64,000 nucleotides of DNA, taken from Betaproteobacteria bacterium (GTDB taxonomy: Bacteria; Pseudomonadota; Gammaproteobacteria; Burkholderiales; SG8-39). Below, piece after piece: positions 53,308-63,089 of the stretch. The translations under genes were made by a program, and so were the position numbers. Positions within the stretch are counted from its first letter, which is position 1. Each line of letters begins with the position of its first letter. The notes below the pieces were generated by a model, which was given only the letters and a program-made list of their open reading frames with translations, ran no database searches and had not been told where the DNA came from. The stretch spans positions 2,195 to 66,194 of the forward strand of contig SHXR01000009.1 of the NCBI GenBank assembly GCA_009693235.1, written 5' to 3'.

Positions 53308-54711
53308 ATGGCCCTCCCAGCGATTCAGTCCGCGACAGATGTGCAGCTTGCAACGCTGCGTCTGCCGCCGCATTCCATCGAAGCTGAGCAATCTGTGCTT
53401 GGCGGGTTGCTGCTTGACAACACCGCGTGGGACCGTATTGCCGACATGCTTACGGTCGATGATTTCTATCGGGACGATCATCGCCGTATTTTTCGGCATA
53501 TCGTGAGGCTGATGGAAAGCTCGCGTCCGGCCGACGTGGTGACCGTCGCCTCGGCGATCGAATCCAGCGAAGACAAAGGCAAGACAGGCGGGCTCGCCTA
53601 CCTCGGTTCACTCGCGAACAGTACCCCTTCGGCGCACAACATTCGTCGCTACGGCGAGATTGTTCGCGAGAAAGCGATCCTGCGCCGCCTCGTGACGGTG
53701 GGCAATGAAATTGCCGATAGCGCGGTGACGCCGACCGACAGCGATGTGTTCCAGTTGCTCGATGAGGCGGAATCCAAAGTCTTTGAAATTGCTGAAGCCG
53801 GTTCCAGGGGCCGGGAGGGATTTAAGGACATCCAAACCGTCCTTACGGGCGTCATGGAGCGCATCGATACGCTCTATCAGCGCGAAAATCCATCCGACAT
53901 CACGGGGGTCCCTACCGGCTACGCCGATATCGATTCGATGACCTCCGGACTCCAGGAGGGCGATCTGGTGATCGTTGCGGCGCGTCCGAGTATGGGTAAG
54001 ACTGCGCTCGCCCTCAACATCGTCGAACATGTGGCCGTCGACAATCGGTTGCCGGTAGCGGTGTTCAGCATGGAGATGTCGAGTTCGCAATTGGCAACAC
54101 GGTTATTGGGCTCGGTCGGTCGGCTTGATCAGCAGAAGCTGCGCACGGCGCGCCTGACCGATGATGATTGGGGGCGCTTGACCCACGCGGTCGGCAAGCT
54201 CCATGATGCGCCCATTCACATCGATGAATCGCCCAGCCTCAACTGCCTCGAAGTGCGAGCTCGTGCGCGGCGGTTGCATCGTCAATACGGCAAGCTTGGT
54301 TTGATTGTCATTGACTACCTGCAGCTGATGTCCGGGACGGCGTCGTCCCGCGGTGAGAATCGCGCGACCGAAATTTCCGAGATTTCGCGATCGTTGAAGG
54401 GCCTCGCCAAGGAACTCAAAGTGCCGGTAATGGCCTTGTCGCAGCTGAATCGAAGCCTTGAGCAGCGCCAGGACAAGCGGCCGGTCATGTCTGATCTGCG
54501 CGAATCGGGCGCCATCGAGCAGGATGCCGATTTGATTCTGTTCATCTATCGCGATGAGGTGTACAACCAGGATTCCCCGTATAGGGGGAAGGCCGAGATC
54601 ATCATCGGCAAGCAGCGGAATGGTCCGATTGGTTCGGTGATGCTCACATTCCTTGGTCAATACACTCGCTTCGAAAATTTCGCGTCGGGCAGTTACCCGG
54701 CCCACGCTTGA
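53308..54711 (+). CDS. dnaB: replicative DNA helicase DnaB
   Basis: Contains PPHSIEAEQSVLGGLL, ARPSMGKTA (Walker A), IDYLQLM and SQLNRSLEQR. Confidence 0.95.
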   Translation: MALPAIQSATDVQLATLRLPPHSIEAEQSVLGGLLLDNTAWDRIADMLTVDDFYRDDHRRIFRHIVRLMESSRPADVVTVASAIESSEDKGKTGGLAYLGSLANSTPSAHNIRRYGEIVREKAILRRLVTVGNEIADSAVTPTDSDVFQLLDEAESKVFEIAEAGSRGREGFKDIQTVLTGVMERIDTLYQRENPSDITGVPTGYADIDSMTSGLQEGDLVIVAARPSMGKTALALNIVEHVAVDNRLPVAVFSMEMSSSQLATRLLGSVGRLDQQKLRTARLTDDDWGRLTHAVGKLHDAPIHIDESPSLNCLEVRARARRLHRQYGKLGLIVIDYLQLMSGTASSRGENRATEISEISRSLKGLAKELKVPVMALSQLNRSLEQRQDKRPVMSDLRESGAIEQDADLILFIYRDEVYNQDSPYRGKAEIIIGKQRNGPIGSVMLTFLGQYTRFENFASGSYPAHA

Positions 54712-54730
54712 ACAGGATCAACAGGTTGCC

Positions 54731-54973
54731 ATGGATAACCCGATCGTCGCGCAACGTTCACCGTACGTTATCGAGTTGGCAGCCGGGGACCACTGGTGGT
54801 GTGCCTGCGGCCGTTCGGCCACCCAGCCGTTCTGCGATGGTTCGCACAAGGGTACCGGCATCACCCCTATGAAATTCTCCATCGATAAGACCGAGAAGCT
54901 GCGGTTGTGCGGTTGTAAAGGCAGCGGAAACAAGCCGTTTTGCGACGGTGCACACAAGCAGCTCGCGGAATAG
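54731..54973 (+). CDS. CDGSH iron-sulfur domain protein (two CDGSH motifs)
   Basis: Contains CACGRSATQPFCDGSH and CGCKGSGNKPFCDGAH. Confidence 0.85.
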   Translation: MDNPIVAQRSPYVIELAAGDHWWCACGRSATQPFCDGSHKGTGITPMKFSIDKTEKLRLCGCKGSGNKPFCDGAHKQLAE

Positions 54974-55018
54974 TAGGAGTCGATTTGCCACGGTGGTAAA
55001 AAGGCTGTATCGATACGG

Positions 55019-56053
55019 ATGGAAAACACTGCGATGAGTGGCGCTCAGCTCGCGAAACCCCGGCGGGATGTTTGGATGCCTTCCGTGCGGGGTAGGATTT
55101 GCGCCTTGCTGGCGTTCACTGCTCTCCTTGCTACGCTGCCTGTCACCGCGGCGCTGGCCGAGGTGGTTGTTGTGCTCAATTCCGGGGATGCCAGCATCTC
55201 CCTCATCGACCGCGCGACGCGGAAGGAAATCAAGCGCCTGCCGACCGGCAAGGAACCGCATCACCTGATGCAAACGCCCGACGACAAGCGCCTCATCGTC
55301 GCCGGCGCCGGTAGTAACGATCTCTTGTTTCTCGATTCGGTCACCGGCGAGGTGCAACGGCGTGTGAAGAACATTCCCGATCCTTATCAGATCGGCTACA
55401 GCCCGGATGGCAAGTGGTTTGTGGCGGCGGCGCTTCGCCTCAATCGCGTCGATCTCTATAAGGCGGATGATCTCTCGGTCGTCAAGCGCATTCCTCTCCC
55501 TAAGCTGCCCAGTCATGTCGCCTTTGATCGCGAGAGTCAATTCGTCTTCACGACCTTACAGGAAAGCCATGACATCGCAGCGATCGATCTCGCCACCCAG
55601 TCGATCGTGTGGCGCTTACCGGTTGGTCAGAATCCGGCCGGGATCTGGATGACCCCGGATGACAAGCACCTCTTGATCGGCGTCATGGGTGAAGACTTCG
55701 TCGCGGTGGTCGACTGGCGTAAGCGCACCATCGTGAAGAAAATCGTGACGGGGAAGGGCGCGCACAACTTCCAGGCCCTGGGTGACGGTAAGCATGTGTT
55801 CGTCACCAACCGGGTGGCCAATACCATTTCGGTGCTGGATCAGCAGACGTTCACGGTGGTCCGCTCGTTTGCCACGCCAAGTGGTCCGGATTGCATGGAA
55901 GTGTCGTCCGATGGCAAAGAACTCTGGCTCACCGCTCGCTGGGCGCAGAAAGTCGCGATATTCGACATCCCGACCGGCAAACTGATCGATACCATTCCAG
56001 TCGGCCGCTCACCGCACGGTATTTACTTCCGCAATCATGCGCCGCGTCGCTGA
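55019..56053 (+). CDS. YncE-like (YVTN-type) beta-propeller repeat protein, secreted
   Basis: Signal peptide ...ICALLAFTALLATLPVTAALA, then repeated units (GKEPHHL.., PDGKW.., LPSHVAF.., GQNPAGIW.., GKGAHNF.., GPDCMEVS.., GRSPHGIYF). The real start may be Met at 55076. Confidence 0.75.
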   Translation: MENTAMSGAQLAKPRRDVWMPSVRGRICALLAFTALLATLPVTAALAEVVVVLNSGDASISLIDRATRKEIKRLPTGKEPHHLMQTPDDKRLIVAGAGSNDLLFLDSVTGEVQRRVKNIPDPYQIGYSPDGKWFVAAALRLNRVDLYKADDLSVVKRIPLPKLPSHVAFDRESQFVFTTLQESHDIAAIDLATQSIVWRLPVGQNPAGIWMTPDDKHLLIGVMGEDFVAVVDWRKRTIVKKIVTGKGAHNFQALGDGKHVFVTNRVANTISVLDQQTFTVVRSFATPSGPDCMEVSSDGKELWLTARWAQKVAIFDIPTGKLIDTIPVGRSPHGIYFRNHAPRR

Positions 56054-56798
56054 CTGGCTGCGTGCTTGCGCATGCGTCGGTTTCGTTGCCGGTTATGGTG
56101 TGGCATTTGCCCAGTGCAAGGGCACGCTCTATCTAACGATTGACACCGGCAGCATGGCGCACGCAGAGAGCATTGCCGACACCCTCGCCAAGCACCAGAT
56201 CAAAGCGACCTTCTTTCTTGCCAATGAGAAGACCGTCCGTGGCGACTATTCGCTCTCACCCGGTTGGGACGCCTACTGGCAAAAACTGGCGGCAGCCGGC
56301 CATACATTCGGTACGCATACCTGGCATCACGGCTATTTTCGCGGCGATACGGGCGATGGGCGCACCCGGTATGTCCATATGGACAAGAAAACAGAAATGC
56401 TCGATGCAGCGGGTGTTTGTGCGGAACTAAGGCGCGTGGAATCGCGTTTCCGTGACATCACCGGCGGCAAGGCGCTTGATCCGATCTGGCGCGCACCTGG
56501 CGGGCGCACTACGCCGATGGCGTTGGCCGCCGCCAAGCAGTGCGGTTATGAACATGTGCACTGGGCAGCGGCGGGATTTCTCGGCGATGAGCTGTCGTCC
56601 GAGCAGTATCCGAACGAACGCTTGGTCGCCCAGGCGTTGAAGAACCTTCGGTCGGGCGACATCATGGTCATGCATACTGGCATTTGGTCGCGCAAAGTCC
56701 CCTTCGCCCTGATGCTGGATCCCCTCCTTGCCGGTTTGAAGGAGCGTGGCTTCTGCTTTGCAACCTTGCCGGCCAAGCATGAGTCCGTACGCCAATAG
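56037..56798 (+). CDS. polysaccharide deacetylase (NodB-homology) family protein
   Basis: Contains YLTIDTGS...ATFFLA...HTFGTHTWHH, the NodB motif pattern. Overlaps the upstream gene by 17 nt. Confidence 0.75.
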   Translation: MRRVADWLRACACVGFVAGYGVAFAQCKGTLYLTIDTGSMAHAESIADTLAKHQIKATFFLANEKTVRGDYSLSPGWDAYWQKLAAAGHTFGTHTWHHGYFRGDTGDGRTRYVHMDKKTEMLDAAGVCAELRRVESRFRDITGGKALDPIWRAPGGRTTPMALAAAKQCGYEHVHWAAAGFLGDELSSEQYPNERLVAQALKNLRSGDIMVMHTGIWSRKVPFALMLDPLLAGLKERGFCFATLPAKHESVRQ

Positions 56799-57735
56799 CG
56801 TCGGTGCTTTGCAAGCCTGGTTGTTTGAGCAAGCGGTTCAACCGGTGCTCTATGCGTTTGGAGCGATGGGCTTCGCCGAGAAATTCTTCGATGCGACCGA
56901 GTGGTTGATCCTTGGTGCGATCGAAATCCTCGTGCTTTACGTGTTGCTTCGCCCGTTGGAAGCGTGGCGTCCGGCGGAGCGCTGGACTGATCGACAAGGG
57001 GTTGGCGCGGACGTGATTTATACCCTGCTTGGGCGGCTCGGTATTCTTCCGATGGTCACGTTTCTGCTGCTCTCGCCCGTCTTTGATGCCATTGAAGGTT
57101 CGTTACGCCTCGCCGGATTCGAACCCTTTCTCCTTGAAAATCTGGCGCCTGCCATCGCGGCTTCGCCGCTCTTGTCATTCGCGTTGTACTTTGTCATCCT
57201 CGATATGGCCGAATATTGGCGCCACCGTCTGCAGCATCGCTTCGACTGGTGGTGGGCCCTGCATGCGCTGCATCACAGCCAACGCAAGATGTCATTCTGG
57301 ACCGACAGCCGCAACCACCTAGTGGACGACGTGCTGGCCGGTGCCTGGCTCGCGTCGATCGCGCTCATCATCGGTATTCCGCCTGGCCAGTTTTTCCTCA
57401 TCATCGTCGCCTCCCGCATGGTGGAAAGTCTGTCCCATGCGAATCTGCGGATGAGCTTTGGGGCGGTGGGCGAGCGATTGGTCGTGAGCCCGCTATTTCA
57501 TCGCGTGCACCACGCCATCGGGGTCGGGCATGAAGGCACCCATCAGGGCTGCAATTTCGCGGTCTTGCTGCCTATCTGGGACGTTCTGTTTCGTACCGCG
57601 AATTTCACACCGCACATCGAACCTACCGGTGTCCGCGATCAGCTGAGCGAGCGGGACTACGGGCAAGGCTTTTGGGCCCAGCAAGGCCTTGGCCTTGCCC
57701 GTCTGGCGAGTGCGCTGATGGGGCGCAATCGGTAG
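56779..57735 (+). CDS. fatty acid hydroxylase/sterol desaturase superfamily membrane protein
   Basis: His boxes HRLQH, HALHH and HRVHH. Hydrophobic. Overlaps the upstream gene by 20 nt. Confidence 0.8.
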   Translation: MSPYANSVGALQAWLFEQAVQPVLYAFGAMGFAEKFFDATEWLILGAIEILVLYVLLRPLEAWRPAERWTDRQGVGADVIYTLLGRLGILPMVTFLLLSPVFDAIEGSLRLAGFEPFLLENLAPAIAASPLLSFALYFVILDMAEYWRHRLQHRFDWWWALHALHHSQRKMSFWTDSRNHLVDDVLAGAWLASIALIIGIPPGQFFLIIVASRMVESLSHANLRMSFGAVGERLVVSPLFHRVHHAIGVGHEGTHQGCNFAVLLPIWDVLFRTANFTPHIEPTGVRDQLSERDYGQGFWAQQGLGLARLASALMGRNR

Positions 57736-57759
57736 GATGGCCGCTGTCATGCGCGCGGG

Positions 57760-58089
57760 TTATGCCGGGATACGTTGGTTCCAGCCTTGTACATGCTCAC
57801 GCTCAAGGGTACGGATGCGGCGCTCGACGTCGGCATGGTCGGTCGACTTGGAGAGGTAGTGCTCAGCGCGTGACCGGGTCGCGCCGCGAGGGAGATCTCG
57901 TGCCCACGCCATAAGCCCTTTGATCAGGCCGCTGACATATTCGGCGCGAAGGCGGCGTGCCTCCACTTCTAAGCTTCTCAACTCCCCGGATTCACGTAGG
58001 CTAGCTGAGGGCGTGGTGGGTACTTGGTCGGTGGCTAGACCTGGTCTAATAAAGCCATCGCCCTCATACATTGGTAGTCTTGCGTTCAT
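57760..58089 (-). CDS. small protein, DUF3563-like C-terminus
   Basis: AGGAGA RBS. The C-terminal ...RAEHYLSKSTDHADVERRIRTLERE resembles the DUF3563 pattern (YL..S.D..DLERR.R.LE) that I recall from Burkholderia. Confidence 0.5.
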   Translation of the reverse strand: MNARLPMYEGDGFIRPGLATDQVPTTPSASLRESGELRSLEVEARRLRAEYVSGLIKGLMAWARDLPRGATRSRAEHYLSKSTDHADVERRIRTLEREHVQGWNQRIPA

Positions 58090-58123
58090 GGTCGATCTCC
58101 TGGTGTTTGAGTGCGAGAAATGC

Positions 58124-58232
58124 TGCATTGCACATTTCCAATATAGATAAAAAAATGTCATGTTTCAATTCGTATTTTTGGAGATCGTGGTTCGGTTCTA
58201 GTGATGTCATGAGAAAGTTATAATGCATTGCA
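58124..58232. promoter_or_regulatory. AT-rich divergent control region with two TGCATTGCA motifs exactly 100 bp apart
   Basis: Motifs at 58124-58132 and 58224-58232. The second overlaps a perfect TATAAT (58219-58224) upstream of the LysR gene. Confidence 0.4.
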
Positions 58233-58269
58233 ACAATAGTTCCCATGGCAGGCCAAAAGGGCCTTGACG

Positions 58270-59205
58270 ATGGAGCTCTACCAACTTCGCGCCTTTGCGA
58301 CGGTCGCCGAAACGGGTCAACTCACCCGGGCGGCCAGGCGGCTGCACCTCAGCCAGCCCGCCCTGAGTGCGCAGATCAAGGCGTTGGAGGAGGAGTTGGG
58401 TCAAGTCCTGTTTGAGCGGACACCGGGCGGCATGACCCTCACGCCGGCCGGGCGGGGCCTTCAGGACTCCATCGGACAGGTGCTCGCGGCGGCCGATACC
58501 CTCAAAGCGCGGGCCCAGGCATTGCGTCATGACGTCGTTGCGCGCCTTCGCATCGGCACCGTGAGCGATCCGGATTTCATCCGCGTCGGACCGCTACTGA
58601 ATATTGCAGTCGCTCGCTTTCCGCATCTGGAAATCGAGTTGCACAACGTATTTTCCGGCGCGGCGCTCGATCAGGTTCAATCCGGCGCATTGGATGCAAG
58701 CTTCTATTTCGGCGCCATCGCGCACGCCAATGTCAAAGGACTCGCATTGCGCGAGATGGTCTATCGCATCGCAGCGCCTGCCGATTGGGCGGAACGGATA
58801 CGCGGCGCCGACTGGCCTGCCATCGCGGCGATGCCCTGGATTCTCACTCCGCCCACCAGCACGCATCACGCGCTGGTGGAGGCGATGCTGGGCGAGCACG
58901 GTTTATCGGCCACCAAACAGGCTGAAGCGGACAATGAAAGCGTCATCGCCAATCTGGTTCGAGCGGGCGTTGGACTGTCGTTGCTGCGGGAGGAGCTTGC
59001 GCTCGCCATGCAGGAAGAAGGGCAGGTCGTCATATGGGCGCCGGCGGGTCTCGTGACCAAACTTTGGTTCATCTACTCGACCGATCGCGTTCGCGATCCG
59101 GCAATTGCCGCCGTGCTTAAGCTGCTTAGGGAATTGTGGCGCCTGCCGGCCGACGACAGCGACGTCAAGCTTCTGGTCGGCGCACCGGCCGCCGCGATGC
59201 CCTGA
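58270..59205 (+). CDS. LysR-family transcriptional regulator
   Basis: Contains MELYQLRAFATVAETGQLTRAARRLHLSQPALSAQIKALEEELG. Confidence 0.9.
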   Translation: MELYQLRAFATVAETGQLTRAARRLHLSQPALSAQIKALEEELGQVLFERTPGGMTLTPAGRGLQDSIGQVLAAADTLKARAQALRHDVVARLRIGTVSDPDFIRVGPLLNIAVARFPHLEIELHNVFSGAALDQVQSGALDASFYFGAIAHANVKGLALREMVYRIAAPADWAERIRGADWPAIAAMPWILTPPTSTHHALVEAMLGEHGLSATKQAEADNESVIANLVRAGVGLSLLREELALAMQEEGQVVIWAPAGLVTKLWFIYSTDRVRDPAIAAVLKLLRELWRLPADDSDVKLLVGAPAAAMP

Positions 59206-59236
59206 ACGCTCGAACGCCCTCGACAAGGCGCCGGCG

Positions 59237-60652
59237 CTACAGGGCCTCGGAGGCAAAGTCGGCGAGGCGTGATCGCTCGCCGCGTTGCAGCGTGATATGG
59301 CCACCATGCGGCCAATCTTTGAATCGATCGACCAGATAGGCGAGGCCAGAGCTTCCTTCGGTGAGATAGGGCGTGTCGATCTGCGACAGATTGCCAAGAC
59401 ATAACACCTTGGTGCCGGGCCCGGCACGGGTGACGAGCGTCTTCATCTGCTTGGGCGTGAGGTTCTGCGCCTCATCGATGATCAGGTATTTCTTGATGAA
59501 AGTACGCCCGCGCATGAAGTTGACCGATTTCACTTTGATCTTGGCGCGCACCAGATCCTGCGTGGCGGCCTTGCCCCATTCGCCTGCGCCGCCATCAGCG
59601 CCGCCACTCAGGAATTCAAGATTGTCTTCGAGTGCGCCCATCCACGGATTCATCTTTTCTTCTTCGGTGCCGGGCAAGAAGCCGATGTCATCGGCGACCG
59701 GAACCGTCACGCGGGTCACGATGATTTCCGAGTAGCGCTTATCGTCGAGGACTTGCGCGAGGCCGGCGGCCAGGGCGAGGAGCGTCTTGCCGGTGCCGGC
59801 TTGCCCAAGCAAGGTGACCATGTCGATGTCCGGGTCCATCAGTAGATTCAACGCAAAATTCTGCTCGCGATTGCGCGCGGTAATGCCCCACACCGCGTTG
59901 CGCTGATGGGTGTAATCCCGCACCTGTTCCAGCGTTGCCGTGTTGCCCTCGATCGATCGGACGATGGCATGCAGGATCGGCTTACCCTCAAAATAGACCA
60001 ACTCGTTGTGATAGAACGAAGTAACCAATGGTCCGATGACGCGATAAAACGCACGCCCCTCCTTGTTCCCGCTTTGCATGCCCTTGCCATGGGTGTCCCA
60101 GAAGTCGGCCGGCAATTCGCGTGATCCGGTGTAGAGGACGTCGGCATCCTCCAGCACCTTGTCATTGAAGTAGTCCTCCGCTTCGATGCCGACGGCACGC
60201 GCTTTGATGCGAAGGTTGATGTCCTTGCTCACCAGCACCACGCGCCGTTTCGGCGTTTTCTTCTGCAGGAAACGCACGACACCGATGATCTGGTTGTCGG
60301 CCCGTGCGCTCGGCAGATTGGGCGGAATATGGCCGTCGATGGCTTCGGTTTGCAGGAAGAGCTGGCCGGTTGCCGTATCGGTGGGAAAGCGCTTGAGTCC
60401 GATTCCCGCGCCGATCTGGCTTGCGCTCTTGGTGATCAGCTCTTCGAGAAAGCGGCTGACCTGCCGCACATTACGCGCGATCTCCGACATGCCCTTCTTG
60501 TGGGCATCGAGTTCTTCGAGCGTTTCCATCGGCAAGAAAATATCGTGTTCCTCAAAGCGAAACAGGCACGTCGGATCGTGCATCAGCACGTTCGTGTCGA
60601 GCACAAAGAGTTTGGTGCCGGGTGTTAGGCTCGCTTTTTTGGTCGCTGGCAT
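59237..60652 (-). CDS. PIN-domain plus PhoH-like ATPase (YlaK-type)
   Basis: N-terminal LFVLDTNVLMHDP (PIN), a central LLGQAGTGKT (Walker A), and IIDEAQNLT. Confidence 0.9.
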   Translation of the reverse strand: MPATKKASLTPGTKLFVLDTNVLMHDPTCLFRFEEHDIFLPMETLEELDAHKKGMSEIARNVRQVSRFLEELITKSASQIGAGIGLKRFPTDTATGQLFLQTEAIDGHIPPNLPSARADNQIIGVVRFLQKKTPKRRVVLVSKDINLRIKARAVGIEAEDYFNDKVLEDADVLYTGSRELPADFWDTHGKGMQSGNKEGRAFYRVIGPLVTSFYHNELVYFEGKPILHAIVRSIEGNTATLEQVRDYTHQRNAVWGITARNREQNFALNLLMDPDIDMVTLLGQAGTGKTLLALAAGLAQVLDDKRYSEIIVTRVTVPVADDIGFLPGTEEEKMNPWMGALEDNLEFLSGGADGGAGEWGKAATQDLVRAKIKVKSVNFMRGRTFIKKYLIIDEAQNLTPKQMKTLVTRAGPGTKVLCLGNLSQIDTPYLTEGSSGLAYLVDRFKDWPHGGHITLQRGERSRLADFASEAL

Positions 60653-60663
60653 GCGCGAACGAT

Positions 60664-61119
60664 CTAAAGAGATTTAACGAAATCGAGCACCGTCTGAGCA
60701 TGCCCAGGTACCTTCACGCCCCGCCACGCTTGGATTACCACGCCATGTCGATCGACGATGAAAGTGCTCCGTTCGATGCCGCGCACCTTCTTGCCGTATA
60801 GATTTTTCATCTTGATGACGGCAAACATTGCACAGAGCAACTCCTCGGCATCGGACAGCAGGTCGAACGGAAACGCCATCTTGGTCTTGAAGTTTTCATG
60901 CGACTTGATGCTGTCCCGGGAGACGCCAAGCACTTCGCAATGCAGTTTCTGAAACTGGGTATAGAGATCACGAAACTGCTCCCCTTCGCTGGTGCAGCCA
61001 GGCGTGTTGTCTTTTGGATAAAAATACAGCACCGCATAGCGGGTGCGAAGCCCTGACAGCGTAAATAACTTCTCACCGGTGGCAGGCAGGGTGAAGTCGT
61101 CGATCTTGTTAGTGTTCAA
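60664..61119 (-). CDS. bcp: thiol peroxidase Bcp (peroxiredoxin)
   Basis: Contains YFYPKDNTPGCTSE. Confidence 0.9.
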   Translation of the reverse strand: MNTNKIDDFTLPATGEKLFTLSGLRTRYAVLYFYPKDNTPGCTSEGEQFRDLYTQFQKLHCEVLGVSRDSIKSHENFKTKMAFPFDLLSDAEELLCAMFAVIKMKNLYGKKVRGIERSTFIVDRHGVVIQAWRGVKVPGHAQTVLDFVKSL

Positions 61120-61129
61120 GGCATATCTC

Positions 61130-62038
61130 CTACGGAAACGGCGCGCCTTGCGTCATCAGCGTGCCGCTACGGCCAGGCACTGAGCCGCGTTCTACGCGAT
61201 GTCTGGGCAGTGCGGTACTGGAAATGCTTGCCAGCAGCTCACGCATCGGGATCAATCGGTATCCTTGACTCCGCCATCCGGTGAGCAACGCCTCGAAGCT
61301 CTTGGCAAGTCGCACCCCTTCCAGTTCCGCATGCAGCGTATAGACGTGGGGATCGGTGCCGGGCTGCGCGGTGAGGCCCAATAAATGCGCCGCGACGTTG
61401 TCGGCGGTGAGGCCATCGACACCGATCAGCTCATCAAGGGTGGGCAAGGTGGTTGGTATCTGCGGGCAATCGATCAATTCACCATCGATAACCGGCATGA
61501 ACGGATGGGTGCCGCGGGTATCCGAGGAATAGCTGAAACCGAGCCGCTGCGTCATCCGCAACGCATGACGATTCATTTGCCAGCCGGCGGCCCCATGTAC
61601 TTGTGCGCTTGCGCCAAACACCTCTTGATAGCGAGACGTGGCGCGGCTAAGCTCCGCTTCGACCCAGGGATTGCTGGCATGTTCGACATGGTCCTGCCAC
61701 TTCACATGGTTCCAGGTGTGAATGCCAACCTCGTGGCCGGCATCGCGCACACTCCTCATGAGGTCGGCGCATTTCAAGCCGATATCGGGGCTTGGCAGCA
61801 GGGTGCCGTAAAGAAGCGTCACGATGCCGTAGTGCGAGACCACCGAGGTCCGCGAGACCTTGCTTAAGAAGCCGGGCCGCAAGGCACGCCGGATGGCGCG
61901 GCCGGTCTGATCGAGGCCAAGGCTGAAGAGAAACGTCGCGTGCGCCTCATGGCGTTGCAGGATTTCCAGCAGGCGCGGCACGCCTTGTCGCGTACCGCGC
62001 AGGGTGTCCACATCAATTTTCAGTGCCAGTTCACGCAT
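61130..62038 (-). CDS. arnD: 4-deoxy-4-formamido-L-arabinose-phosphoundecaprenol deformylase ArnD (polysaccharide deacetylase fold)
   Basis: Contains LKIDVDTLRGT...ATFLFSLG...HEVGIHTWNH. Position is directly downstream of the arnA-like genes. Confidence 0.8.
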   Translation of the reverse strand: MRELALKIDVDTLRGTRQGVPRLLEILQRHEAHATFLFSLGLDQTGRAIRRALRPGFLSKVSRTSVVSHYGIVTLLYGTLLPSPDIGLKCADLMRSVRDAGHEVGIHTWNHVKWQDHVEHASNPWVEAELSRATSRYQEVFGASAQVHGAAGWQMNRHALRMTQRLGFSYSSDTRGTHPFMPVIDGELIDCPQIPTTLPTLDELIGVDGLTADNVAAHLLGLTAQPGTDPHVYTLHAELEGVRLAKSFEALLTGWRSQGYRLIPMRELLASISSTALPRHRVERGSVPGRSGTLMTQGAPFP

Positions 62039-62045
62039 GGAATGA

Positions 62046-63089
62046 TCAATCCATCAAGTGACGAGCTTCCGCGACCTGTCCACGATAGGCATCGAGAATC
62101 CGCTGCACCGCCTGTTTCATCGGTACCCGGGGACGCCAGCCGAGATCCTTCATGGTGTTGGTGATCTTCGGCACCCGATGCTGCATGTCCTGATAGCCGC
62201 TACCGTAGTAGTCCATGGCGGTGACTTTGGTCAGCTTTACTTTGCGTGCGGTGGGCAGATATTCGGGATAGGTCTTGGCCATCGAGAGCAGCATCTCGGC
62301 CAGTTCCTTGACCGAGAAATTGTTCCGCGGATTGCCGACATTGTAGATTTTGCCGCTGGCGATGTTTTTCTTGTTCTCGATCATCCGTACCAGCGCATCG
62401 ATGCCGTCATCGACGTAAGTAAACGTGCGCCGTTGCTTGCCGCCATCGACCAGCTTGATGTTTTCGCCGCGCACGATGTGGCCAAGGAACTGCGTAATCA
62501 CCCGGGAACTGCCTTCCTTTGCGGTATTGATGGAATCGAGGCCGGCGCCAATCCAATTGAACGGGCGAAATAGGGTGAAATCGAGCCCTTGCTCCATGCC
62601 GTAACCCCAGATCACGCGATCCATCAATTGCTTGGCGCAGGAGTAGATCCAGCGTGGTTTGTTGATCGGTCCTAAGACGAGATTGGTCGATTCGGGATCG
62701 AAGTCCTTATCGGTGGCCATGCCGTACACTTCGGAGGTGGACGGAAACATCAGGCGCTTCTTGTGCTTCACACAGGAGCGCACGATCGGCAGATTGGCCT
62801 CGAAGTCGAGCTCAAAAACGCGGAGCGGCTCTTTCACATAGGTCGCCGGGGTGGCGATCGCCACCAGCGGAATGATCGTGTCGCATTTGCGAATGTGATA
62901 TTCGATCCATTCGCGATTGATGGTGATGTCGCCTTCGAAGAAATGAAACCGCTTCTCATCGCGAAGATCGGCGACCCGGTCATCGGCCATGTCCATGCCG
63001 TAGACCTCCCACGGTGTGGAAGCGATGATGCGTTTGGAGAGGTGATGGCCGATAAAACCGTTGACGCCGAGGATTAGGATTTTCTTCAT
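62046..63089 (-). CDS. arnA: UDP-glucuronate decarboxylase (ArnA C-terminal dehydrogenase domain as a separate gene)
   Basis: Contains KILILGVNGFIGHHL (Rossmann) and YSCAKQ (YxxxK). 347 aa. Overlaps the formyltransferase gene by 4 nt. Confidence 0.85.
   Translation of the reverse strand: MKKILILGVNGFIGHHLSKRIIASTPWEVYGMDMADDRVADLRDEKRFHFFEGDITINREWIEYHIRKCDTIIPLVAIATPATYVKEPLRVFELDFEANLPIVRSCVKHKKRLMFPSTSEVYGMATDKDFDPESTNLVLGPINKPRWIYSCAKQLMDRVIWGYGMEQGLDFTLFRPFNWIGAGLDSINTAKEGSSRVITQFLGHIVRGENIKLVDGGKQRRTFTYVDDGIDALVRMIENKKNIASGKIYNVGNPRNNFSVKELAEMLLSMAKTYPEYLPTARKVKLTKVTAMDYYGSGYQDMQHRVPKITNTMKDLGWRPRVPMKQAVQRILDAYRGQVAEARHLMD

Noticed and set aside
58156-58224. Short ORFs in the AT-rich LysR control region (22-codon plus-strand ORF; 60-aa minus-strand ORF 58064..58246) as leader peptides or a small gene
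   Set aside because: Neither has an RBS. Their composition simply reflects AT-rich promoter DNA, and the minus-strand ORF overlaps the supported DUF3563-like start.
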